Source: a virus (taxonomy: Duplodnaviria; Caudoviricetes). From it: DNA of 53,807 nt. Below, piece after piece: positions 39,572 through 49,825 of the stretch; position 1 is the first letter of the stretch; every line of letters begins with the position of its first letter. Both the position numbers and the translations under genes were made by a program. The stretch is taken from positions 1 through 53,807 of IMG/VR virus record IMGVR_UViG_3300010354_000118; one strand, given 5' to 3'. Under the pieces are notes generated by a model. It was given only the letters and a program-made list of their open reading frames with translations, was not told where the DNA came from and searched no databases.

Positions 39572-42500
39572 TTATTCCCTAGAATCTGTAATGTAACTGC
39601 CTTGAATATTAAGATCATAAGCAGTAAACGATTCAACTATTTCTATATCAGTTGAACTAGCACTAGAAATAAATAATTCATCAGGGCCACATTTTATTTC
39701 AAAAAGACTACCAAAACTATTTTTATTTTTTGGGACTATGACAAAATTTAAAATGTCTGGTGTTAACTTATTCATAACATAGGCACTAAGTTCTGAAAAA
39801 TAAAAAGTTTGTCCAAATTCCCAATTCTCTAATGCAAAAAATTCACTAAACGCTGTAAGTATTCGTGACTTAATATCGTTATCTGATATAGGTCTTTGTA
39901 AATTTCTAACAACTTTAAAAGTTGCCTGTATATTTGCTGGAGATCTATTTCCAAATAATACCTTATATTTTACAGGGAAAAATATTATTTCATCGCTAAT
40001 GGCCTTATAAGAATCAAGAGAAGATTTATATAAACTATCTAACGTACTAGATGAAGGAGGTAACGGCTCTAGACCTGTATCTGTGGACAACCAATTTTTA
40101 TAATCAACATCGTAATCTTTAGTCAAGACATATATATCAATTATGTTTGACTTACTAGGATCTATTCTACGAGACTCTGGCGCTTGATGCTCGTAGTGAA
40201 ATTTCAATTTTGACCTACCGGTTCTCACTTTGTAACCTATTTCAAGCTCAAAATCATTTACTATGGTAGAAAATTTCATTACCACATCATATTGTCCATC
40301 GTAAAAATAAAATAGCTGCTGATCTATCCTTAATGCTAGTGGTACATTATTAGGCTTAGGAAAAAAATAGAAAGTATCGTTATCTATTAAACGATAGGTA
40401 GTATTATCTGATTGAATTTGAAACACAACAAAATTGTTACGGAATCCGGTTTGTGCCGATATGTGATTAGAATCAACTATTTCTTCGAAACTATCTGGAT
40501 TATCTATCATTCCGTCATTGTCATTATCATAAAAACTTACCTTAACTCTGGACGGATTTTGATAACCATCTTCATCAATAATAGCATTATCTATTTGCCA
40601 TTCATAATCACTAACTAGTTCTGAACCTAGATTAGGTTTCTTATTAATTCCCAATACTGTAATTTTGTCTTTGATAACTGCATCAGATACAAAATCATAA
40701 TTTACTTCTTGAAAGTCCACAAAGAATGCTGTTTCTTTTTCACTTTCAAAAATATAGTCACAGGTTCTATATTTTAAATTATATTTCAATCCTGTCCATT
40801 CAAACGCTATGAGCCAGCTCGAATCTCTGTTAAAATTCGTTTGCTCTTTCTGGAAACGTAGAGTGAAAGGTGTAGTAAAATTAATATTTGATTTATCAAT
40901 TACGAACCAATCGCCAGTTTCTCTATCAAAAGTAATACCGAAATTTACACGGTTAAGACAGTTATCAATTAATTGGTTCTCTAATTCATTACCAAATAAT
41001 GTTAATAACTGAGGAATAACTTCTACCAGAATACTGTCACTAGGCACGATATCTGTAAAAGCGATAGGCCCTGTGCCATTTTTATATAGTCCTAGACCGT
41101 TATTGTATCCTGATCCATCTATAGATATAACTTTAGTCCAAATATACAGCCTTGTGGTTTCGTCTTCAACAAAAGTTAATTTCCCATTAGGTAAAAAATA
41201 CGTTTGTTCTGGCACTCCAACCCCACTACCTCGATTAAATTTTTTAGGTGCTTGAAATTTTAATAGAGATCCTTTTTTGACATATTTTAAACTAGAACTA
41301 GAACTAGATCCTACAGGTCTAGCCTTACCAACTTCTGCGAAATAACCTGTAGATTTGTTGTAACTACTTGTTCCCAATTTCCAAGTATAGACTGTGTTTT
41401 CAAACTTTATTCTAGGAAACTGATCGTAATAAAAAGATTTTAAACCAGATGATTCTGTTATATCTGCGACTGTATTTTGAAAAAATCTTTTCAATTCATT
41501 TTTATTACTGAGCTGAAATTCATAGATAGGTTCTAGAATCTCTCTAAACAAAATTCCATCTTTACCATAGATATTTAGATTGCTGTACTTGCCGCTGACA
41601 TCAGATAATTCAAAATACTTGCTAATGCCACTAGATACCCTATTAACAGCTTTGATTTTCATAATATCATTACCAGACAACAAGGGAAGAATATTATAAT
41701 CTTCGGCTGTTATCATACGGTTTTGAGTATAATAAATTTGAGGGGCTTTTAATTTGATATTTTCATTAGATTCCGTAGTCGTGGCATTATTAATAGTATA
41801 ATTTAATGATGCAATTATAGTGAGTGAGTGTAATTGATTTTGCCTATTGTAGTATTCTACATTAAAACTTATATTACTCATCTGTTGGGGAGTAATATTA
41901 TAATTTATACCCGCACTTTGACGATAGTATAATTTAAATTTACCTACAGGAAGGTTACCAAATGTTCCGTCCGAAAATTCTAAATCTATTTGATCATTAT
42001 TACGAGTATTGACCTTGTAGATATTTCTTTGTTTAGCAGTCAGACTATTATAGATAATATTGTTACCTACTATAGCAGGAACCTTAGACCACGGTGCATC
42101 TGGATAATTACCCTCAGGTGTCATTTGCCATAGCCATACATCAGTTTCATTTATATTAGCAGCATCAATGCCTACTATTTCATTCGGTACCGGAGTATCT
42201 AAGGTGAAATCAAGAAGATTTAATATTCCCTGTTTAAATAAAACAAAAAATCCAGTGTTACCTGAACCATTTCCTTGACTGTCATTTTTATAGATAAAAC
42301 TAAAACTATTTTTTGGCTTTGGAGTTTCTTCTACAATACTATTCTCAAAAGTAGCATTAACTATTTCAAAACTAAGATTTAGTCCATTGATTATCTTGGT
42401 AAAATTATATATAGGTACACCTATATTTGCGCTGTTAATTCTATATTGATCTGTTCTTATACCTGAAATGGTATCTGATTTGTAAGGTCTGCCATAGCTG

Positions 42501-43000
42501 TTTACTTCTAGCATGGCTGAATTTAAAATTGTTGTAAATTGCTGAAACCATTCAGAATTGGTAGAATCATTCCATCCGATAGCACTGTTGGCAAGATTTA
42601 TTCCATTGGCATCAATTACATTGTCTGTGGTCGCTATTGAAGTAATTTTCATTAGTCCAGAGGCAGCATTATTACGTTTAGGATTATAGTTAATTAATTT
42701 AGCTAGCCTGAGTATGCTTTCTCTACGCTCTGCTGTCTCCAGAAAGTTTTCTCTAGCATTAAGATCAATTCTAAAACTGAGATTTTGACCCATATAGGCT
42801 ATGAGGTCAATCAGCGCTACATATTCGCTACTGTCAATAAAATCGTTAAAATCTTCTGGATAATTTTCACGTAGATATTTGATCATTATTCTACGTAGAG
42901 AATCAAAATCGTAACTTTTTAAATCGGTACTGCGAATAGACTGGTAGAGTTTTTTCCAGTCTTCGGCTATCAATAATTGGTTAGTAGAACTAGGTATCAT
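39572..43000 (-). CDS. baseplate wedge subunit, T4 gp6-like
   Basis: YDFDSLR..MIKYL..YPEDFNDF, LIDLIAY, ENFLETAERRESILRLAKLINYNPKR, F.DG.FG..P, TQNRMITAEDY. Confidence 0.85.
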   Translation of the reverse strand: MIPSSTNQLLIAEDWKKLYQSIRSTDLKSYDFDSLRRIMIKYLRENYPEDFNDFIDSSEYVALIDLIAYMGQNLSFRIDLNARENFLETAERRESILRLAKLINYNPKRNNAASGLMKITSIATTDNVIDANGINLANSAIGWNDSTNSEWFQQFTTILNSAMLEVNSYGRPYKSDTISGIRTDQYRINSANIGVPIYNFTKIINGLNLSFEIVNATFENSIVEETPKPKNSFSFIYKNDSQGNGSGNTGFFVLFKQGILNLLDFTLDTPVPNEIVGIDAANINETDVWLWQMTPEGNYPDAPWSKVPAIVGNNIIYNSLTAKQRNIYKVNTRNNDQIDLEFSDGTFGNLPVGKFKLYYRQSAGINYNITPQQMSNISFNVEYYNRQNQLHSLTIIASLNYTINNATTTESNENIKLKAPQIYYTQNRMITAEDYNILPLLSGNDIMKIKAVNRVSSGISKYFELSDVSGKYSNLNIYGKDGILFREILEPIYEFQLSNKNELKRFFQNTVADITESSGLKSFYYDQFPRIKFENTVYTWKLGTSSYNKSTGYFAEVGKARPVGSSSSSSLKYVKKGSLLKFQAPKKFNRGSGVGVPEQTYFLPNGKLTFVEDETTRLYIWTKVISIDGSGYNNGLGLYKNGTGPIAFTDIVPSDSILVEVIPQLLTLFGNELENQLIDNCLNRVNFGITFDRETGDWFVIDKSNINFTTPFTLRFQKEQTNFNRDSSWLIAFEWTGLKYNLKYRTCDYIFESEKETAFFVDFQEVNYDFVSDAVIKDKITVLGINKKPNLGSELVSDYEWQIDNAIIDEDGYQNPSRVKVSFYDNDNDGMIDNPDSFEEIVDSNHISAQTGFRNNFVVFQIQSDNTTYRLIDNDTFYFFPKPNNVPLALRIDQQLFYFYDGQYDVVMKFSTIVNDFELEIGYKVRTGRSKLKFHYEHQAPESRRIDPSKSNIIDIYVLTKDYDVDYKNWLSTDTGLEPLPPSSSTLDSLYKSSLDSYKAISDEIIFFPVKYKVLFGNRSPANIQATFKVVRNLQRPISDNDIKSRILTAFSEFFALENWEFGQTFYFSELSAYVMNKLTPDILNFVIVPKNKNSFGSLFEIKCGPDELFISSASSTDIEIVESFTAYDLNIQGSYITDSRE

Positions 43001-43022
43001 AATATTTTTGTGCTAGATACCA

Positions 43023-43029
43023 TATTTAT
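43023..43029 (-). promoter_or_regulatory. late promoter core ATAAATA
   Basis: Plus-strand tatttat in the 51-nt gap upstream of gp6. Confidence 0.55.
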
Positions 43030-43051
43030 TGATCTAATTATATTGGTACTT

Positions 43052-43483
43052 TTAGAAGGCAATGCCCTTTTCCTTATCAAATGTCAACTTAAGAACTTCT
43101 GACTGGTCACTTTCTGTATATCTAACAGTGATTTCAATAATGATCCCATGTTCTCTTTCATAAAAGTTTACATTTTCAGGAATTATTCTAGGATCCGAAT
43201 ATAGAATTTGTCTTATATCATCTGATATATCACTTTTAAGTTCATCGGTGAGTGGATCAAAAATTATATCCCATATAATACTGCCAAAAGAAGGGTTCAT
43301 TACTCTTTCACCTCTTCTGGTATTAAAATGATTAAGAAGATCTTGCCTTACTAGATCTAGATCATATAACTTAGAATTTTGTGAATTAAACACCGTACTA
43401 AACCCTCGGTAGTATCTGGTTTTTTCTACAAAAGCTACAGAACTTACCGCAGCAGGTTTTAACACAAGATTTTTAATGGGCAT
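43052..43483 (-). CDS. baseplate wedge subunit, gp25/GPW-like
   Basis: LLNHFNTRRGERVMNPSFGSIIWDIIFDP...DPRI. Confidence 0.9.
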   Translation of the reverse strand: MPIKNLVLKPAAVSSVAFVEKTRYYRGFSTVFNSQNSKLYDLDLVRQDLLNHFNTRRGERVMNPSFGSIIWDIIFDPLTDELKSDISDDIRQILYSDPRIIPENVNFYEREHGIIIEITVRYTESDQSEVLKLTFDKEKGIAF

Positions 43484-43490
43484 AATATAT

Positions 43491-45599
43491 TTAACCGCCT
43501 AACAATCTTGTAATTATTGATTTAGCTCTTGGTAAATGTGCAGTAGCATCTCTTACTGTTATTCCGCCATCACGTGTATTTTTGTCTAGCACTTTGTTGT
43601 CTCTATATTCTCTTGTGCCTTCTCTATATAAGACAGTATCAAAAGAAGCACCTATACTAGCTGGCCTAAATATGGCCAAATACAAATTATCAAGATTAGC
43701 TCGACCTCTTAGCTTACCAGAAAACTGATCAAAATATTTTTCCACATAGACCATTTGTTCTTCTCTGGTCATTTGACGTAGGGCGGTGGTGCTGGTTCCT
43801 AACCCTTTGGCAGTGCTTTCTATAAATTGAATTAGGCCTGTAGCACTTCCTATAGGATTTTTAACTGATGGACTCATCCTTGATTCAACATACATAATTG
43901 TAAGTAGATCTAGGTGATCAGCACCTAACTTAGCTGCCAATGCCTTGACCTTGTTAAGGAATCCTGTGTCCTTGGTCCAATCAGGTGGTGTATTAGGGTT
44001 AGGTGGCGGTGGGGTTGGATTCGCAGCAGGTGCTGAAGTGTTTGCTCCTGCATCCTGTCCTTGATCTGGAGTAATACCTCGACTCTTACTGGAAGGTGGT
44101 GTTGTATTTTCTCTGTCTGTTGAATCTGAAGTGTATTTTGTAGGATCTGTGCTTTCGTGTTGTGTCCAAGGTTCTCTCATTGGGACACGTTGCATGATAC
44201 TGGTAATTGTTCCGTCCTGATATCGTTTACCTTTCCATTCAGCACCTTCATTGACATAAGGCAACTCAAATGTTTCAAGATCCTTAGTTTTCTTAGCAGC
44301 ATCTGCTGCTGGATCAGGAGGTTTAGGATTACCTCCCCCGTTAAATATTTTACCTTTTGCAGAATTATTAATATCACCATTGTAACTAATATTATGTGTT
44401 CCTGAATTACTGGCCATGTGCAATGTAGTGAGACTCATAATGTCAATTTTATTTGCTGTCAGCTTATAGTCACCCTTTATAAACTGTTCGAGATCTCCGT
44501 CGATAAGTACTCGACCAGATTTTTCACTGTCATCTCCTTTAGACTTTCCGTTAGCTTTCGTGCTCATTTTGCCATCAGCTTGTTTCTTCATATCTTTTCC
44601 AGCTTTGATATTAACATTTCTTACGGCTTCAATATTAACATCTCTATCTGCTCTAAAATTAAAATCTTGTTCAGAATGTATACTTACACTATCCTTTGCA
44701 TATATATCAATCTTTCCTTGAGCTGTCATCTCTATCCAAGCGGTTCCATCAGCATTGGCTATATAAATTAAATTATTTGTATCATGTAATAATATTTGAT
44801 GACCTGAAATTGATCTTATTCTTATTAACTTGTTATTACCCGTAAGATCACCGTCGTCCATAACAAAAGTATGTCCTCCACTTCTTGTTATAGGCAGGTC
44901 ATATTTGGCATTTTTATACCCTATCTGAAATTTTCTACCTTGTACTTCTAATGGGCCAGGTGTACTAATACCAAAAGTTTGACTAGGTACTTCTCTACGT
45001 GCTCCGCTAGAAGTCACTCCTCTGATTTTATCTTCCAGTAAACCTTGTTTTAATAATTTGTCTGCAAAAGGGTGAACAGGTTTAGGAGCGGTATGAAATT
45101 TTGCTAGATTAACTTCAGATTGATCACTATTTTTCTTGTTTAAAAATTCTGCAACAGGCACATAATTTACATCATACTTTTCCTGTTGGCCGGCTCTCCA
45201 TGCTACTTCTGTACTAGCAGCTATGCCAGGAACCATATGATTTTGCCATCTATCTTGAACGCAACCTATCCAGTAACCTTGATTGCTATCTCCTTCTACA
45301 AAAATACATAAAATCTTAGTGCCTATATCAGGTGGTACCATCCACATGCCATAACTTTTTTGTACATCATCAAAATTTGTAGGGTCATTACCTTGAAAAT
45401 TAGCAGATGTGGCTCCGGAAAAAGGACTAAGATACTGTAGAGTCACTGTGGTTTCTTTGATATCTGGGAACGGCACAATACCTTTTTGAAGCACAGCCTC
45501 TAGTCCTCCCATATAGGTAGGATCAAGGTTATTTGTAACAACAGCCACATAAGGGCCATTGTGAGGTAGTTTAAATCCTGTTCTTTTTGCTGTACTCAT
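43491..45599 (-). CDS. baseplate hub/spike gp5-like protein with C-terminal lytic transglycosylase/lysozyme domain
   Basis: OB-fold DPTYMG...VPPDIGT..L..F..GD....YWIG; SGHQILLHDT; beta-helix; C-terminal MYVES, ATGLIQF, EQMVYVEKYF, LYLAIF.P. Confidence 0.8.
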   Translation of the reverse strand: MSTAKRTGFKLPHNGPYVAVVTNNLDPTYMGGLEAVLQKGIVPFPDIKETTVTLQYLSPFSGATSANFQGNDPTNFDDVQKSYGMWMVPPDIGTKILCIFVEGDSNQGYWIGCVQDRWQNHMVPGIAASTEVAWRAGQQEKYDVNYVPVAEFLNKKNSDQSEVNLAKFHTAPKPVHPFADKLLKQGLLEDKIRGVTSSGARREVPSQTFGISTPGPLEVQGRKFQIGYKNAKYDLPITRSGGHTFVMDDGDLTGNNKLIRIRSISGHQILLHDTNNLIYIANADGTAWIEMTAQGKIDIYAKDSVSIHSEQDFNFRADRDVNIEAVRNVNIKAGKDMKKQADGKMSTKANGKSKGDDSEKSGRVLIDGDLEQFIKGDYKLTANKIDIMSLTTLHMASNSGTHNISYNGDINNSAKGKIFNGGGNPKPPDPAADAAKKTKDLETFELPYVNEGAEWKGKRYQDGTITSIMQRVPMREPWTQHESTDPTKYTSDSTDRENTTPPSSKSRGITPDQGQDAGANTSAPAANPTPPPPNPNTPPDWTKDTGFLNKVKALAAKLGADHLDLLTIMYVESRMSPSVKNPIGSATGLIQFIESTAKGLGTSTTALRQMTREEQMVYVEKYFDQFSGKLRGRANLDNLYLAIFRPASIGASFDTVLYREGTREYRDNKVLDKNTRDGGITVRDATAHLPRAKSIITRLLGG

Positions 45600-47704
45600 T
45601 GTATGTCAGTCCATTCTATGCCCTGTTTTTGCGTAGATCCGCTAGGTTTATCTGATTGTCCTGGTACTCTAACCAGAAATAATCTTTGAGTAAATAGACC
45701 GCTGCTAAAATAACTCATGGCCTTTGTAACTCTAAAAACACCGCTAAAAGGCACCTTTTGATCGGTAAATTTCATATATCCAGTATTCTTATCAATATCT
45801 TCCGGGTTTCTAAATTTTAGGCTTACAAAAACATCGTGATCTATAAAACTCGCTTCTGCGTTTGTGGTTAGGCCTTTGTCGGCTAGGTCTGGAAAATAAT
45901 TGCCGCTACCTTGTGTGACCAAATAATAAGGATCACCTAGAATTTCCAATTCGCAGGTAACCATATCTGTATTATCTAAGACAGCATCGTGCATGATTTT
46001 AACCATCTTGTCATAGGCGTCGTATTCTCTAATCTGCGCATTGCCCCCATACTGTACAACATTATGAAAACTCGGATCAGCTCTTATAGGAGCCGTTAGA
46101 TCTGATAAAACATCTTCTGGCTTGTCAGCTGGACTTCCTTTGGCATTAGTTCCGGGATCTTGTTCAAATTGCTTTTGAAATCCCTGTGGATATGCTTGGA
46201 AATACAATCTGTTAAATTTTAAATTAAATGATCTAATATCTATATTTTGACCTGTGAAAAGATAATTGTATTTCCTTCGTACGAATCTGCGTTCTAGTTG
46301 GCTGGGATCAAATTTAAGATTTTGATATAGGGCTACTCGGGTATAATGCATTTCATAGGGTATAATTACAAATTCGTATTCTAGAGGTTGTCTTAATTCA
46401 CGAGAATTAAATTCTCCTGTCGACTTAATTCTCACTGCAACGTGCGCATACTCTATCATTTCAGGGGCACTATTTTCTAACTGCTTGAAAACCTCTTTGC
46501 CATATTCACTATCTCTTATTACAGCACAAATTATATCATGAATTTTGGCGCCTGCAGGAAACTGTATGAGATTTTTGTTATCATTGTAGGCAAATTTATT
46601 TCTTCCAGCTGGGTTTGGTGCAAATCTTTGTTCTTGGCCAGGCGCACTGGTATTACGCTGCACAGCAGCGTTTCCTTCTGCAATAGAATGATCAGGAAAA
46701 GTATAGGCATTTTTATCTTCCCTAACTGACTGTATTTTAGACTCTGCTATTTTGTTGTCTGAACTAAAATTTAATGTGGATCCTTCCCTTTTAGGAAAAC
46801 TAACCTTAAATTTATCCATAAGCTCTTGTTTAACATCTTTCTCACTAGACTCAGTGTTATTAGTATTGAGCCCTTGAAATAGGCTTTCTAAAACTTCTTT
46901 GACAGTGGCACCAGACATTTGAAAATTTGTTTTAAGTGCCAGTGTATCGCTAAATCCCATATCATTATAACTAACTGCTTGACATCTGTATTTGGTTCCT
47001 TGTTCATTAACTTCAATTTCAATTCCAGTTATATTAATTACAAATATTCTTGTACCTTCTTTTCCAGTCCAATAAATCTTATCATCATCTCTATAGCCCG
47101 CAAACTGTACCTTGAGAAGGTAAGGTGCTCCTAAATATTGTTTATGGCCAGCAGCGGCTGCGGTGACCTGCAGAGCTTCTAAAAATCCATTCATGCTATA
47201 AGGTTCAAAAATATCGAAATTTATTTTAGTAGCTATGGTAAGATTTGTATCCTTGCTGAATCCCATTACAGTTTCTATTTCAACATTATCTATGAACATG
47301 TCAAATCTTCCAGGACTTTTTTCAAGAAACCCTTGAATTAACTGTCCACTTAGAGGATTTCCTATCGGTTTCCTCGATTCTATATCATCTGCCATAGCGC
47401 CCGGATTATATGGTGCAAGATTTCGAAGAGAATCTGAAGTTTTTCCTTGGCTTCTTGCAATGACCAAATACTCGGAGCTCGATCTCAAACTCTCTGGATT
47501 TTCAAGACCCTGGTTAGTGCAAGCCGCAAGTGTGAAAAGATAATTAAATGTTTTATATAGATTAAGTATATTTTGAGTTTTAGCATACTCAAAATCGGAC
47601 TGCTGCCCTGTTAGTCTTTGAGAATGAACTGTAATTGATTGATTGGGGTAATTAGAAACGTTGTCAAATACAACGCCCTCCTGGCTTCTGATAGTCACCG
47701 TCAT
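45596..47704 (-). CDS. probable baseplate hub protein (gp27/GpD-like)
   Basis: Upstream of gp5 with ATGA coupling; C-terminal LEILGDPYYL and FSGVFRV....YFSSGLFTQRL. Confidence 0.55.
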   Translation of the reverse strand: MTVTIRSQEGVVFDNVSNYPNQSITVHSQRLTGQQSDFEYAKTQNILNLYKTFNYLFTLAACTNQGLENPESLRSSSEYLVIARSQGKTSDSLRNLAPYNPGAMADDIESRKPIGNPLSGQLIQGFLEKSPGRFDMFIDNVEIETVMGFSKDTNLTIATKINFDIFEPYSMNGFLEALQVTAAAAGHKQYLGAPYLLKVQFAGYRDDDKIYWTGKEGTRIFVINITGIEIEVNEQGTKYRCQAVSYNDMGFSDTLALKTNFQMSGATVKEVLESLFQGLNTNNTESSEKDVKQELMDKFKVSFPKREGSTLNFSSDNKIAESKIQSVREDKNAYTFPDHSIAEGNAAVQRNTSAPGQEQRFAPNPAGRNKFAYNDNKNLIQFPAGAKIHDIICAVIRDSEYGKEVFKQLENSAPEMIEYAHVAVRIKSTGEFNSRELRQPLEYEFVIIPYEMHYTRVALYQNLKFDPSQLERRFVRRKYNYLFTGQNIDIRSFNLKFNRLYFQAYPQGFQKQFEQDPGTNAKGSPADKPEDVLSDLTAPIRADPSFHNVVQYGGNAQIREYDAYDKMVKIMHDAVLDNTDMVTCELEILGDPYYLVTQGSGNYFPDLADKGLTTNAEASFIDHDVFVSLKFRNPEDIDKNTGYMKFTDQKVPFSGVFRVTKAMSYFSSGLFTQRLFLVRVPGQSDKPSGSTQKQGIEWTDIQ

Positions 47705-47705
47705 T

Positions 47706-48005
47706 TTATAAACCTAGGTATTTCTGTAAATTTTCTTTGGTAGGTAAGAATATTGTTATACCTGCTGTCAAATCATATACTGGATCTTTTAAAATATCAG
47801 GATTTCTTACAGCGAATACCCACCACAGATTTTGATCATTATAAAAATCATAGGCCAAAAGATCAGGTCTGTGCTGATATTGGTCTAGAATTGTGTATTC
47901 TAGGTCACCTCGAAATTTAGGCAATGATCTATATTGTTGTACATCTAGATAAAAACCTTTGATAGGAGTAGTAAAATAAGGACTTGTTGATTTATAGTCA
48001 GCCAT
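47706..48005 (-). CDS. baseplate wedge protein, gp53/LysM-like
   Basis: YTI...RPDLLAYDFY..QNLWWVFAVRN..ILKDP. Confidence 0.8.
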   Translation of the reverse strand: MADYKSTSPYFTTPIKGFYLDVQQYRSLPKFRGDLEYTILDQYQHRPDLLAYDFYNDQNLWWVFAVRNPDILKDPVYDLTAGITIFLPTKENLQKYLGL

Positions 48006-48772
48006 TATAGATATCCTCGACTTCTTAGATTAGCATATCCTTTGTAATCATCCACATGAGCTAGGTTTAATAGTTCTTCTCTACTGTAAACAGGTATCAT
48101 AGTGACTGATAGAGAACTTACCATAGGGATCATAGCCACTCCTGCATAGTTATAATAATCTACGCTATCAGGATATTCTGCTCTAAAACTTGATATAACT
48201 ACTGGCACATCTTTGAATTGTTGATGACCGTAGGCGCTGAATCTACACACAGGAGGAGGTACACCGGCATTTTCATCTTGGCCAAATCTCATCTTCATCA
48301 ACGACCTTAACATATGTGAGGTGCTGATATACATGTCTGCATCTGAATCATTTTGAACAGTAAATTTCCCTGTAACTGTTATATTTCCTGGTTGTGTGTT
48401 TTTATAAAAATGATAGGCATAATTAGAATGTGTAGGATTATAAGACGTATAGTTAGCAGTGTAGTCTTGTTGAATTTGGGGTGTATAAGGAAACACAATG
48501 CCGCTGAGAGCCTTAATTTCGTTCTTTGATCCTATCCAAACCGCATCTAGATAGTCTGCAGGAACTTTTATTTTTACCCTATAATCCCTTTCTCCTTCAA
48601 AATTTACATCAAATGACGGCTTACCTACGCCCTTGGCTGTAACTCCACCCCGTCTAGTAAACTGCCTGAGACTCTCTGATAATTTACCTACTCCTGTGGC
48701 CTTAAGGAGATCATTGCCTATGGCTTTTCCAGCATTCACAATGGTTTTTGTAAAATCAAAACTATCAGCCAT
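48005..48772 (-). CDS. probable tail tube initiator / baseplate protein
   Basis: FPYTP, PPPVCRFSAYG, VPVVISSF motifs; first gene of the baseplate operon; AGGAG RBS. Confidence 0.55.
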   Translation of the reverse strand: MADSFDFTKTIVNAGKAIGNDLLKATGVGKLSESLRQFTRRGGVTAKGVGKPSFDVNFEGERDYRVKIKVPADYLDAVWIGSKNEIKALSGIVFPYTPQIQQDYTANYTSYNPTHSNYAYHFYKNTQPGNITVTGKFTVQNDSDADMYISTSHMLRSLMKMRFGQDENAGVPPPVCRFSAYGHQQFKDVPVVISSFRAEYPDSVDYYNYAGVAMIPMVSSLSVTMIPVYSREELLNLAHVDDYKGYANLRSRGYL

Positions 48773-48789
48773 AAGTACTCCTTTTTTTA

Positions 48790-48795
48790 TATTTA
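48790..48795 (-). promoter_or_regulatory. late promoter core TAAATA for the baseplate/tail operon
   Basis: Plus-strand tattta just upstream of RBS AGGAG (48778-48782). Confidence 0.6.
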
Positions 48796-48826
48796 ACCAA
48801 TAAATAAATCAGCGTTTTTCAATCCG

Positions 48827-48855
48827 TTGACAGCCCCTGTCATGTCTGTTATAAT
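48827..48855 (+). promoter_or_regulatory. consensus sigma70 promoter with extended -10
   Basis: TTGACA (48827-48832), 17-nt spacer, TGn-TATAAT (48847-48855); AAGGAG RBS follows. Confidence 0.9.
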
Positions 48856-48879
48856 ACTCATAAAGGAGTTATTCTCAAA

Positions 48880-49785
48880 ATGATAAGTCATTCTTCTACA
48901 GGAAGAAAAATAAAATACCTCAACAATAGAGATCTTTTGTTAGAGATACATCGCAGTAAATGTACATTTAGTAGTTTTACCAAGTCAGAATATAGTCAAT
49001 ATGACATAATCTTAACAGATCTTACCAAGGTCAACATACGAACTCTAGCCGAAGCCAAGAGAAATAGGGCTAAAAGACTGGGTCTTGAAGCATTTTTTAT
49101 AGCTAGAAATCAAGGAGATAAAAAATCAAAGTTGGCAGATCTTACACCTGATTACAAAAAGATACCCAAAACAGATCTAATCATCCGTATAATGACCTTT
49201 GAACACGTTCCGCTGGCTCCTGGTCGCAAAAAGACTACCAAGACCACTGCTGATAGTCACGAAAAAGTTAATTTTCCTCCATTTCAACATTGGAAATATA
49301 GCGACGAAGAAGAGTTAGTGTGCGTAGGTAAAAGCCACTGGCGTGGTGGCATGAAAACCGGTAAATTCAGTAAGGATCACGGACGTATCACAGAAAATCT
49401 TGGAAGAATGTTTATCAAGCTATCTGAAAGGTACGCTCAACGCAGTAATTGGCGTGGCTATACCTATATCGAAGAAATGCGGGGGCAGGCTATTCTACAG
49501 TTGAGTCAAATTGGTCTACAGTTTGACGAATCTAAATCCGAGAATCCATTTGCCTATTATACCGCAGCCGTTACCAATAGTTTTACTCGTATACTGAATC
49601 TAGAAAAGAAAAATCAAAATATCAGGGATGACCTACTTGAAATAGCAGGATTAACACCCAGTTTAACTAGACAAACTCAACAAGAATTCGCTGAAGAAAC
49701 TGCTAGACAGGCTGAAATGTATAAAAACATTAGGCTACCAAAAAGCGAAGAATCTGTTACGGAAGATGACGAAGAAGAGGCTTGA
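48880..49785 (+). CDS. T4 gp55-like late-transcription sigma factor
   Basis: KYLNNRDLL..I, NWRGYT..EEM, FDESKSENPFAYYT....NSF.R.L..EKK resemble gp55; precedes gp47 and gp46. Confidence 0.8.
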   Translation: MISHSSTGRKIKYLNNRDLLLEIHRSKCTFSSFTKSEYSQYDIILTDLTKVNIRTLAEAKRNRAKRLGLEAFFIARNQGDKKSKLADLTPDYKKIPKTDLIIRIMTFEHVPLAPGRKKTTKTTADSHEKVNFPPFQHWKYSDEEELVCVGKSHWRGGMKTGKFSKDHGRITENLGRMFIKLSERYAQRSNWRGYTYIEEMRGQAILQLSQIGLQFDESKSENPFAYYTAAVTNSFTRILNLEKKNQNIRDDLLEIAGLTPSLTRQTQQEFAEETARQAEMYKNIRLPKSEESVTEDDEEEA

Positions 49786-49809
49786 CCTATTTGTATAACA
49801 TGTTATACT
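49782..49809 (+). promoter_or_regulatory. sigma70-type promoter
   Basis: TTGACC (49782-49787), 16-nt spacer, TGn-TATACT (49801-49809); AGGAG RBS follows. Confidence 0.7.
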
Positions 49810-49825
49810 TTTATTAGGAGACTAT

